Below are positions 14,120 through 25,024 of a stretch of 64,000 bases of DNA, one piece after another; the stretch's first letter is position 1; the number at the start of each line of letters is the position of its first letter. The DNA comes from Selaginella moellendorffii (Eukaryota > Plantae > Lycopodiophyta): the NCBI RefSeq assembly GCF_000143415.4, contig NW_003314375.1, positions 431,393-495,392 of the forward strand, in the 5' to 3' direction. The position numbers and the translations under genes are program-made. The notes beneath the pieces are model-generated. The model saw nothing but the letters and a program-made list of their open reading frames with translations. It made no database searches and was not told the origin of the DNA.

Positions 14120-14712
14120 TGTAAGCTCATGAATTTGGACTTCCCGGGAGGTCACCCAGCCTAGTACTATTCAAACCCAAGGACACTTAACCCCAAATAT
14201 CCCAAGACCCTTAACCGATTGGAAAAGGGGGCGCACTCTTATTCATGGGCTCTTTCCTTCTATATTTGAACCCAACGGATCGTCTTTCGAGTCGTTCCCT
14301 TTGGTTGCTTACAATCCACCACACTTCCCTGCAAGTTCACGCCCTTGTGAACGAAAGCTAAGAGCCGCAACTCTTTTGAGAGCCTCGCTCTTTTGACACC
14401 CTACCCCTCAGGTTGAGCCTAGCGGGAGCAAACTGGAACAGCCAGATGTCAATCAACATGTGGTGTGATTCCCCTAACGAACCAACAGAGTCGGACTCGA
14501 GACCTCTCTAATACCAAATGTAAGCTCATAAATTTGGACTTCCCAGGAGCTTACTCAGCCCAGTACTATTTAAACCCAAGGACACTTAACCCCAAATATC
14601 CCAAGACCCTTAATCGATTGGAAAAGGGGGTGCACTCTTATTCATGTGCCCTTTCCTTTTATATTTAAATCCAACAAATCGTCTTTCAAGTCGTTCCCTT
14701 TGGTTGCTTACA
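14120..14712 (-). mobile_element. Cassandra-type TRIM (complete, 593 bp)
   Basis: Two 194-bp LTRs (14120-14313, 14519-14712, TG..CA); TSD GATGC; iMet-like PBS TGGTATTAGAG and PPT AGGGAAGTGTGGTGGA on the minus strand; 5S rRNA core in both LTRs. Confidence 0.93.
14137..14192 (-). promoter_or_regulatory. 5S rRNA-derived Pol III internal promoter (A-box/C-box) in the Cassandra LTR; second copy at 14536-14591
   Basis: Minus strand GGTTAAGTGTCCTTGGGTTTGAATAGTACTAGGCTGGGTGACCTCCCGGGAAGTCC versus plant 5S AGTTAAGCGTGCTTGGGCGAGAGTAGTACTAGGATGGGTGACCTCCTGGGAAGTCC. Confidence 0.9.
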
Positions 14713-16124
14713 GATGCTAAGGAGTGGATCTAAGATGATCACTCATGGATGGATGGCCCAGTTCTTGAGAGATGGGACTGTGATGTAGGTGGTGTTAGAC
14801 CACCAGTGTGGCCAAGTTGAAGGGGCATAGCCTTAGCATAACAAGCTGATATATCGATGGTACCTTGGGGTGTCGGCCATGGGATCGGACATGTGAAGCA
14901 CTTGGACCAAGTGCAAAGGTTGAGTGGTAGGGATGCCATTCTTGGGGCTAGCAAACCCAAGTCCGAAATAGGGCTTATGGAGGTTGTGAGTGAGACTCTT
15001 CCAAGTGGTCGGAGATGTGGTTAAGTGACTAAAGTAGAATAGAAAAATTAATCACTTATAGATAGAGTCTGAGGTCGGGTCCGAGATCGAGTTTGAGATC
15101 AAGTCCAAGACTGAGTCCGAGATTGAGTCCAAGATTGAGTCCGAGATTGAGATCGAGACCAAGACCGAGTCTAAATACTAATACAAGTCGTGGGGTGAAA
15201 GCCCAAAGCATGTGTCTCCTGGGGGGGGGGGGGGGGGGGCTGTAGGGGGTTCCAAAAGTATAGTAGGGATAGTGAGGTCTAGGAATCAGTCTTGAAGGAA
15301 CTCTCTAGTGGTGCTTCCAAATTAACTTGAGGTTGAAACTAGGGCTAAGGGGCCTTGGGTGGGAGTGAGCATGGACTCGAGTGGTGTTGGAAGGGCCACC
15401 CAAGGAAGTCCTCAAGAGCAATTCCCACTCCTAGAAGGGAAATTGACTATAGTGCTCCTGGCTCATGTGGAATGGTGCCCCACTTGAGTACCTTATGGCT
15501 TATTGGTCTTCGCCCTTCCTAAAGGCTTGAGCCTTCCCTTTAGGATGGAAGTGGGGGAGTAGGGGTACCCATACTAGGCCGTTAGGCCATGGTGTTTCCC
15601 CCTGATGTCCCTAAGCAAATGTTGCACCCAAGGCTTGGGATTTAAAGGGTTTTATGATCAAGTCTTGTTGTACTAATGGATGTTAGGAATCTGAATGTTC
15701 TTGGCTGCTTGTGCCTGTGGGGAGTGTAGCCGAACCTTAAATCCAATTTAACTTGGGGAAGGGGATTGGGAGAGAATTTGGGAATCCATGGATGGATGGC
15801 TAACACTTCATTGCTCGTGTAATGAATTGTTGAAACCAAATAGGACTAAATAAGAGTTGATACAATAGGCAGGAACCTTGGCAAGGGAACTTAACTAAGG
15901 CCAAGGCCATGGTGGTCTGATAGACGAGATAAGCTAGTAAATTGGAAAGGAAAATTTTGTGGCTTACATAGGGATGAGCTGAAAGAGAGTCTTGAATGAG
16001 CTCATCAATGAATGAGATACTAACCTCATTAAATATCTTTGACTCAAGCTCCATGGTAGCATAAGTAGTGTCTCTTGGCCACTTTTATCTAGAGTCCGAG
16101 TTTGAGGCTTTGCATGAAGGCTAA

Positions 16125-16280
16125 TGTAAGGAACCAACTCCCCAAGATGTTGTAGGTTAAAAAATCCCCCAAAATCACAATTGGAATGATAAAAAATTTA
16201 TTGAATGATACCAAGTTTAAGATTACGTTTAAGACCAAGTTTGAAACCAAGTCTAAGACTGAGTTTGAGATCTAAGATTT
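16125..16280 (+). mobile_element. 5' fragment of LTR family B
   Basis: TGTAAGGAACCAACTC... degenerate match to 54993 onward. Confidence 0.75.
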
Positions 16281-16428
16281 CGAAGGGTCATGACCAAGGC
16301 CTTGAAATCCTACTTCTTATTTGGCTCCAGAGTAAAAACCTCCTTAAATAAGGAATAACTTCCTTGAAGTGTTGTTAATTAAAAAATTCCAAAATCAAGA
16401 TTTAAACAATAAAGAGTTTGGGGACAAA

Positions 16429-16613
16429 TATAAGCTTTTATATTTGAACTTCCCAGGAGGCCACCCAACTCAGTATTACTCAAACTCAAGTACACTTAAT
16501 GAGAAGTGTTTCAATATCTTTAAACAATTAAAAAAACATATGCACTTTTGTTCATAAGCCTTTTTCCTTTATATTTGATCATCTCTTAAATCATTCTTTT
16601 TTGGTTGCTTACA
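16429..16613 (-). mobile_element. Degenerate Cassandra single LTR
   Basis: TATAAGC...GAACTTCCCAGGAGGCCACCCAA...TTGGTTGCTTACA, collinear with 14120-14313. Confidence 0.85.
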
Positions 16614-17612
16614 CATTATAGTAGCTTTGAGTGAGTTTTCAAAGATGATCCATTATATTAAGCTCATGTTAGTACCTTGGTTCATTAAAAGTTTACTTAT
16701 TGAGGTTTAAAAAAGGTTGTAGCATTCATGTGCTATAATATGATGATGAATATGTTAGCACTTGAAGTAAGTTGTTGGATGGAAAAGATGTGGAATTAAG
16801 GCATTCACATTGCTAGCAATTGTGTTAGTGGAAGTGGCATTGTTAGGTTAGGTGATAAGGAGTTTTTCTTGGGGCTTGATTTTTCATGTCAAATTTTACT
16901 ATTTTGGCTTTACATTGGATCTTGAAGGTAAATAAAGAAGAGTGTTAGTGTGATATGGATAACTAAAGATATGGTTTTCATGATTGAGTCTTGGGTATTT
17001 ATTTACATTTACAATGTTGGATATTAGGATTTTATCCTTCTATATTTAAAAGAGTAAGGGCGACATATTCAATTGAGATTCTTTTCGAGCTTAATGGTGG
17101 AGATGAAGACACGTGGGAAAAACAGTTGAGAGTGGAATGCTTCACAAAATCCAACTGTCCAAATCTGTGACGATTGATATAGACGGCCAAGATGGCAATA
17201 TGGGAGGTACTGTTTCAATTCTAGATTTGCAACCGCTCCATCGACTGGGAGGGAATGCTTTGCTTAAATATGCTTTGCAGATTGATATGTAGATGGTACG
17301 TTTCATTTATCCTATTTCTAACCCTAGGAAGGGATTTGTCTCTGTTTGTAGAGTTCGTAGAATTACCGAGTTCGTGAAGAAAAGAGTCACACTTATGGAA
17401 AAAGTATTCAACAGAGAATATCATCTGGTAAAAGAGTCTCCACCCCCCTATCTTCGTCCCTGCGATTCTAACTTGAGATGTTCCAGGATGACCAAAATAT
17501 TCCGGCCAATTGCAGCAATGGTGGCGTCGAGCCTGGTGAGGGACCAAAAAACCTCCTACCAAAAGCCGCAACCTACATTTGTTCCAAGCCTAGCAATGCA
17601 ACTGATGTTAGC

Positions 17613-18518
17613 CTAGGATAGCCATACCTGCTCTTTCTATAAGAACTGTTTCGTTGTCATGGGTGGCGAGGACGGTGGTAATGCCTATCTAAACGACGTT
17701 TATATTCTGGGCACAGGTACATACATTGTGCTGGTTTTAAACTTGCGAATTCATTTGCATTTCCAGAAACAATGGCATGGCGGGAGGTAAAGACGACTGG
17801 TGCGGAGCTGATGCTAAGAGCCGGGCACACAACAATCAGCCATGGAAAGTACGTGAGTCTCTCGTGGGGCTTTTACGTATTTTGTAGCAACTGGTGTTTG
17901 GGCAACTTCAAATCCCTCTGGTCCTGGGCCTTCTCCACGTTTCTCCCTTGCAGGAGATTCCGTGGACGCAGAGCGAGGCATATGATTCTTCTATGGGGGA
18001 TGTAACGAAGAGCTTGAAGCTCTGGATGACATGTATTTCCTCGACACAGGTTGGCTTCTTCTTTAATTGACATTGCTGCCATTCTTGACAATATGGTTGC
18101 CATTTTTCTGTGAAGAGATGCTGAGGGAGAAAGATCCATCAGAACCAAAGCTATCCATGCGTAAGGAACTTAAGAGAAGGCGGCAAGAGTATCGTGCCAC
18201 GCCATTCGTGCTAGGCAAGCAACGGGATGCGGACAAGAGCTTGGTTTCATCTCACGGAGGTATCTGCAGAAAAACTTGGACCTCTCCAATTTTTCCCTGT
18301 CAAACTCATGCTACAGAGTTTCAAGCTCATGTTCAGCTGCTAGGCGAGAAGATGTTCGAGGCTAGAGTAAGCGACATATTCAACTACAGATACATATTAG
18401 AAGCGTCCATCGATGGGAAGCTTTTCTGTGGGCTGCTCTTCTCGTACAAGCCTGGCTTTGCTCAGGCAGTGCAATCTTACATGGCGAGATTTGTTTCGTT
18501 TGATTCTCAGTTACTCTC
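17613..18518 (+). pseudogene. Kelch/galactose-oxidase-repeat protein fragment (3' exons)
   Basis: DSHTCSFYKNCFVVMGGEDGGNAYLNDVYIL / MAWREVKTTGAELMLRAGHTT / GPGPSPRFSLAGD..*FFYGGCNEELEALDDMYFLDT / KLSMRKELKRRRQE; internal stop, no N-terminus. Confidence 0.88.
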
Positions 18519-19000
18519 AATGAAACACTGCAACTTGCAAAAAATATCCCCAATGGTCTTTAGAAGAGCCTTGTTAGACCTCAAGTTTAATAGTGAGTCT
18601 CCTTCTTCTCTCAAGTGATGTTCAAGTGATTTGGAAGCGTGGCTAAGACAAGTACATATGGATCCAACCTGATCCGGAAAAGTTCAATCCAGCTGGGAGG
18701 TACGAGATTTTCACCCATGCTCTGTAACTCTGGCTGGGATTTTTAACTAGAAATATGGAGCATCTCCATTCACGTTCACACCCTTTGGGATGGGAAATCG
18801 AACTTACAAACTTGCCAAGCTTCAAATCTTCATTGTCGTCCATTACTTCGTTATTACAGGTAAAGATCTATTATTTGTGCCATTATTCCTTTATCTGGGG
18901 TTTGAGGTGGACTGCCTTGGATCCCAACAGCAAAGTTTCTTACTTGCCACATCCAAGACCACGAGACTTCTATTCTGTAAGAGTTTCAAAACTTCTGTAG
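18519..19000 (+). pseudogene. Cytochrome P450 C-terminal fragment (CYP85 clan, CYP88-like)
   Basis: NETL..ISPMVFRRA (K-helix), VHMDP..PEKFNP, FTPFGMGNRT (heme Cys lost), LAKLQIFIVVHYF, SKVSYLPHPRP. Confidence 0.82.
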
Positions 19001-22000
19001 TTATAAAAGAAAAAAGTACTTTACTGAATTGTACCTCATACAATATGATACCTTATGCATTCTCATGCCTCCACTATTCTAATTTGTCCCTGTCACTTAT
19101 TAACTTATCACAAGGAGCGAATCCTTCTTTGAAGTCACTGCCTCAACAGGATGAAACTCAAAGACAAGAAGATACTCAAAGGCAGGCTTGCCAAGTACAT
19201 TGTAGAGGCTGTTTGTAAGTCCCAAATGTTTCTCATCACAGGTCTTTGGAGGACATGCATAGCTTTTATGACCATGGACCAAATGTTGAGAACAGCAGCA
19301 TCATCAAGAAGAGTTGCAGTCTAGCATTTAATTTGTCTCACTTCTGGCACAAGACAATAAGGTTGTTAAAAATAAGGTCTTCATTTATTTTTTAACTAAG
19401 TCCTGTTTACACAGCAATACAATGCATCAGGAGCTTGCTGGAAACTATGATTTACAGAGTTTCCAAGAAGGTATGAGATTCACGCTGATTACAGCAAGTA
19501 ACTATCAGGTACACTTTTAGTGTTTTCGCTCATGAATCGTGATCTCCCTTATCTTGAGTTTAGAGAAGCCTGCAAGCATCACCAGATTCTAAGAACTCAG
19601 CCAACTATGTGTGTCTTTGGAGGCTGCCATTATAAGTACTTTTTCTTTAAATTTTATATAACCTTCACTGCTATGGATTCTGTGAATGGCATTTTCAGGA
19701 CCCCATGTTCCTCCTCTTCCTCCATCTTTCTAAAATTAATGCAGACAATTTCAAGATTAGCAATGTGCTGAAATCATAAGTCAAGCTTGCCATTGTGTAT
19801 GTTCTTCAACAGGAAGGTGTCCAGGCCAAAAGGACGCTGAGTGTTCTTCTCTAGAAGGTTTTCCAGGCCTAAAGGGTGATGCAACGCTTTTGGTGGTAGG
19901 GATTCGTGTGTGCAACCAGACAACGTACTCCATGTTTGCCAAAAGCATTATAGCTTTAGATTGAAGGCTGCAAAATAAACTGGTCTTACTAATATGACTG
20001 CTTGGCCACGTCTCATGGAAAAGACATGTTTATGAAAAGTTTGCTTCCCTTATATGTAGTAAAGAATATATTTTGATACTATTGGTGTTTGTTAGCTAAA
20101 GGTATTGGGCAAAGAAACTTTTTATCCAGATAATACTCTAAAGCTCTACTTACGGGTGGTGGAGTTCTGGAAATCTGGTCACAACACTTGAGGTTATTGT
20201 TTTTCTTTTTAAAGTAATAGTTGCTGCTATGTAAGTCTATAAGGTATTGGACTCATTGAGATCTGGAAAGATCATACTTAAAGCTTTGTAGACAACTTTT
20301 TCATTACAAATTACATTTAACGAAGATTGAGTAATTAAAAACTATTCACTCCATAAAGAGGGAATTAATTATAGATTAAAATTTTAAAAGAGTTATATTT
20401 TTTCAAAAGAAGATACACATTATCATGGATTATGATGTTGTATTGATGAACTTGGTCTTTTGTGGCACATCCTCCACTATACAAAATATTTATTATATCC
20501 ATATTACCTTCAATCTACCAATTTTCTAAAAATTATGAGAAAACAGGGATATAAGCTTGAAAATTTATATATTCAGATATCTATTATATTTAAATATTAG
20601 GTATAATTAATTTTAAAAATCGGATGACAGAGATTTTAAGCTTGATGTAAAATTACAAAACACTATCTACATGAAAAAAATTTAATTATGTACTTCTTGA
20701 ATTTATATGACAATAAGTCTTGAAAGAAACTCCATATTTTATTTTCATATTACATTCAAATTCTAGAATTTAGATTAGTGTTTTGAAGTTAGAAGTTGGA
20801 AGGGAATGTTACTGGCAGTGGTAGTAGGCTGTAAGTCTCTCTCATGAGTGATCTCTTCTCTACATGAACACTGTATATGTGTTGTTTTAACGGTTATAAT
20901 GTTATGCAAGATCTACAAGAAAAAGGTAAAGTTGTAATCTATGCTTTTTTTCACTGGCCAGTGCACAAAGCTGCTCCATCACCAGTGGGCTCCTCGCTGG
21001 GAAATTTCAAGCAAACACTGGATATTTGAATTGGCTCCAAAACTGTAAAACAGCTATACAATACAAAATTTTAGGATTTTATCCCACCCAGACCACTGCA
21101 AGATTATCGCAACCATAAACTCTCTGCCTTTCAATTCTGTAATGATAGAAAATCTACAACAAAAAACATGGAATTAGTGTACAAAAGAAGAAGAAAAGTA
21201 GGATGATTGACTTGCATTTTACATGCAGTATCCATATATTGCAGCAAGAACTCTCAGTGTTGAGAAAATGAACTAAGTTTTGTGTAGGTATAGACTGCCA
21301 TACCAAAGGCTCCCAAACTCCATTCAAGTATGCATCACAAATCTATGATCACAATGGTGATATTTCATCATGCAACAGTTGAAGTTTGAGACCTAGAGGA
21401 TGAGAATGTGTATTAGACCGAGCCTCCACCAGTAAAATGTGGCACATTGTGAAATAGACGAGGAAAATATTTGTGCTGTTAAATACTAATTTAGTAATAA
21501 CAGTTTAGTTTTAGCTAGAAACATACATTATTTCATAAGAAAAATTTCTTCATTAATTACTGTTCTGAAATTATAATTAAAAGAATATAATATATAATAT
21601 ATAAAACAAATAATTTATATTTTATGATAATTCATCTTTGTATTTATACTTTTAATTGTGTTCACATTCAATTCTTATTACATTTTAATACAGCCAATTT
21701 ATGTAATTTCAAAGATATTCTCTATTTATTTCTTTATGTATTATATCTATTTTCTGGGATTCATGTAATTTTTCTCAACATCAACCTGCATTTAGATAAC
21801 CTCAATCTAATTCATAATGGTACATTTTTTGCTGCTTCTTTCATGGGTATTCAATTGGGAGCTATTCTATTATTTTTCAGCCTAAAACACATTTCTTGAG
21901 AAGTTCAAATAAACCAGTCATTTAATATTTTAATCTCTTATTTCTATAAGCTTTTCTCATTCTATGTTTTAATTTCCCATGTATTTTGTCTCTTCATCAT

Positions 22001-22254
22001 TTAAATCTCATAGTGGTTATCTTATGCATTATGAGTTATAAAATGTGTTCTTTTGCTAAAGAATGTTCTGGTTGGAAAGGTTTCAGAGGTATAATAATAT
22101 TTTATATTTTATTAAATATCTAATATCAATATTAAAAATTTTATTGTCTATATTATTATTAAAATTATTATTGTCTATATTTCTTAGTGGAGTTGTATCA
22201 TTCTCAAAAATATAACACATTGTTATGCTTTATTTTGAAACCATTAACTTTTTA

Positions 22255-22400
22255 AATAGCAACTTTAAATAAAAAGTACTAATAGAGACTCCAGCTCCAC
22301 TGGGAAATATAGCATACCCAAGATAAATAAATCTTCTTTTCTAATTTTACAATGTTAGAACTTTTGATTGTATGCAAGGTTAAATTTATCTAAATTTTGC
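22255..22400 (-). mobile_element. Helitron 3' terminus (minus strand) joined to a degenerate 5'-end motif
   Basis: Minus strand ...AAAAGAAGATTTATTTATCTTGGGTATGCTATATTTCCCAGTGGAGCTGGAGTCTCTATTAG|TACTTTTTATTTAAAGTTGCTATT; homologous to 47067-47128. Confidence 0.7.
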
Positions 22401-23949
22401 TACTATTCATATCCAGAGAAATGCACAATAATACAAGTGTTGGGGAAGATAAGATCATTTTTTTATCATCATTAAATTTGAATTTTATGTTTTATTACCT
22501 TTATATAATAATAATATAATCTAAGATAGCAAATAAATCATTGTATAAATATTGAGACAAACAATAAAACTCATGTAAAGCTGCTGGTAGACTACAGTAA
22601 GATTATGAGCAAGAAGATTAATTGATAGTATAAAAGGGTTTTTTTTATTTTTGAGATATTATTAAGAAATGGATTTGATATTTATATGTGTATGAAATTG
22701 CTTATACCATGTTAGATACCATGTCATATATTAGACATGAATGCATAATTTTATCATAAAGCATTAGTACAGATTTTTCTTAATACAAACATTATATCTC
22801 TCATATAATTATTATCTTGGTCTTTTTAACACCTCTAATGTAGTGTGAATATCTAGGTAGATTTAATTATGTATATTTTTAAATGTAAAACGAGACATAT
22901 AATAAAGGTTCTATTATTCTTTAGTAAACTATGAAAGTTAGAGGTATGATTACAGTTCAGATAAAAAAATTTAGCCCAGTATGCAATCAAACTTATAATT
23001 TCTCCAAACTAACCTATTATTTTTTGGTAGTCTATAGTTCTTCAGTTTTGTGAAAACTCAATTGCTTTTAAAGTATGGCAGCAATCTTGTTTATGTGTTT
23101 AGGGTTTGGTACCTTTCTATAAAAGCAATAAAAAATTCAAATTCATTAATAATGATAATTTATTCATTTGTATGTGGTGTATGTGTTTCTTTTGAATGTA
23201 GATGACATTAAGCACAAGCTTTATCACTTTTATGGTTTTGAGCTACTCCACCATGAATTAGAAGAACACTTGCCAAGTACAGGATGTCAAACAACACTTC
23301 CAGCCAGCACAGTGGGCATAGTCAGTGGTGTGGCACTGATAGGAACTTTCAATGTACTGTCTCAATATGTAGTGTTGAAAACATCCCATATGCTTTTGGC
23401 TGCATTTAAATGTTCCACAACTAGACTTCTACATGCACTTTTCTAGGCAATCCATCAAAGGCCACACTAATAGGCACACTCCTACAGATAGAGCAAATGC
23501 AGCTTCATCTCATCCAACCTAGCTTTTATAGGACCCTAGCTCTAAAAGCTTTTTGCATGGCTCTTTCAAGTTAGTCCCATGCTTAAACATGTGCATTTAT
23601 CTATCTATTACTTTCTTCTCTTATTTTGGTAGAAAGCTTAGTTTTTTGTGTGGTTTATTTCTTGCCAGGATTAGAAGGATAAAACATTGTAGCTCAAAAT
23701 TTGAGAAAGCTGGTTTTAATGCCATTGCATAACAAGAAGCAATTATATATAGTTTTAAAGAACTAAACTTAGCACTTGTATGTTTTTATTTTTATTTAAT
23801 GTGTATTATGTTAAAATTTACTTGCTTATCTCTTTATATTATGACCAGTCTGGATTTATATTTTCAGAATTATATAATTTAAATATATATGGGAAAAAGA
23901 GAATTTATATCAAGATTCTTTTGTAAAAGATGCACATCAAATATAAGAG

Positions 23950-25024
23950 AAAATTCTATATTTGCTAAACATATTTGAAGAGCTGAATTACTCATATGGG
24001 ACAAGATAAGTATGATAACCATTCATGCTTTGTGTGACCTCAGGAATTGTGACACGGATTTTAGTGGTATCATATTTGGTGATAGGAGGAGACTTTAGGC
24101 AAACCTTACCTGTTCTTAAAACAACTTGCCACACACAAATCATTGTTAAATCCTCACCAATATGGTCTAAAATTCTAAAGTTCTCATTGCCTATAAACAT
24201 GCAAGTGAACCCAGAAGAAAAGGAATGGTCAAGATGGCTTGTGACCCAAGGAAATGGCAATCTCCCTAACCTCCTAAGATTTAATCAGGACATTCAAAGC
24301 ACCATTAACATCCACTACTAGAGAACAATTGATAGTATGTTTGAAAAACATATAGAGACAAGCAACTTAAGCCTATTTCAAAAGGCTATTCTCACAACTT
24401 AAATGACCTCTCTTTACAAGTAAATGACTAAATCCTTTCAAGAATGAGAAACAATAACAAACAAGACCATTAATACTGTAGAAACAGAATCAAATGAGAA
24501 GATGTTTGACTATCCTCTTAAACTTGGTAACACCGTCTGGAATGCCTTCACATAAGCTAAACATAAAAATCAGCTGTATCATAATGCTCTTATATAATAT
24601 TAACAAAGCTTTACCAAATGTTATTGAAGTTAAAATTTTACATAATGATATGTAAGTAAAAAAAAAATTCTACCAATAATCTCTTTGAAACCAAAAAAAT
24701 GGAGATATCCCAATCATTGTAAAATGGTAGTAGTTCTCTATAAGACATGCATTCTCTATTACAATTTGCAAATCCTAAAGACAAACACTGTAAAATATAA
24801 AGATATTATTGCCAAGACAAGTTTTCAACCATGGTCAACTTTATATTGCACTCTTAAGGGGAACATCAAAGACACAAATTTCTGTAGAACAATGTGAGGG
24901 ACAAGGTTTTCTGCAAAATAAAATAGTGTACACAAAAAACATAGTCTATAAAGAAATTATTTAAAATGATAATATAAAAAAACATAATTACTATCTATGC
25001 CAGCGGAGCTGGATTCCTTGCTAG
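23950..25024 (+). mobile_element. Helitron PIF1 helicase pseudogene and 3' terminus
   Basis: GGDFRQTLPV, MPSHKLNIKISCIIMLL, QVFNHGQLYIALLR, YTKNIVYKEII*; hairpin CCAGC-GGA-GCTGG and CTAG 25021-25024. Confidence 0.9.

Larger units (their letters stand above)
12536..15060 (+). mobile_element. Solo LTR (family C, ~1.9 kb excluding the nested TRIM)
   Basis: TGTGAGACAC...CACTTATA; TSD GACAG/GATAG; start matches 34487 and 48469, end matches 1-319. Confidence 0.85.
12291..15968 (+). mobile_element. Galadriel-family LTR (family B) interrupted by an LTR-C insertion
   Basis: Starts TGCAAGGAACCAAC, ends GTGGCTTACA; 12291-12535 plus 15066-15968 is collinear with solo LTR 54993-56139; flanks ATCAC/TAGGG are not a TSD. 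Confidence 0.9.

Noticed and set aside
14137-14192. True 5S rRNA gene
   Set aside because: Only ~56 nt of the core is present, the 5' half is missing, and it lies inside TRIM LTRs
20900-21480. Possible RPA70 C-terminal domain remnant on the minus strand
   Set aside because: Only vague similarity across several stops
23380-23520. Possible RING-finger fragment on the minus strand (CSICRSVPISVAF...CRSLVVEHL)
   Set aside because: Too short and frameshifted to call without a search
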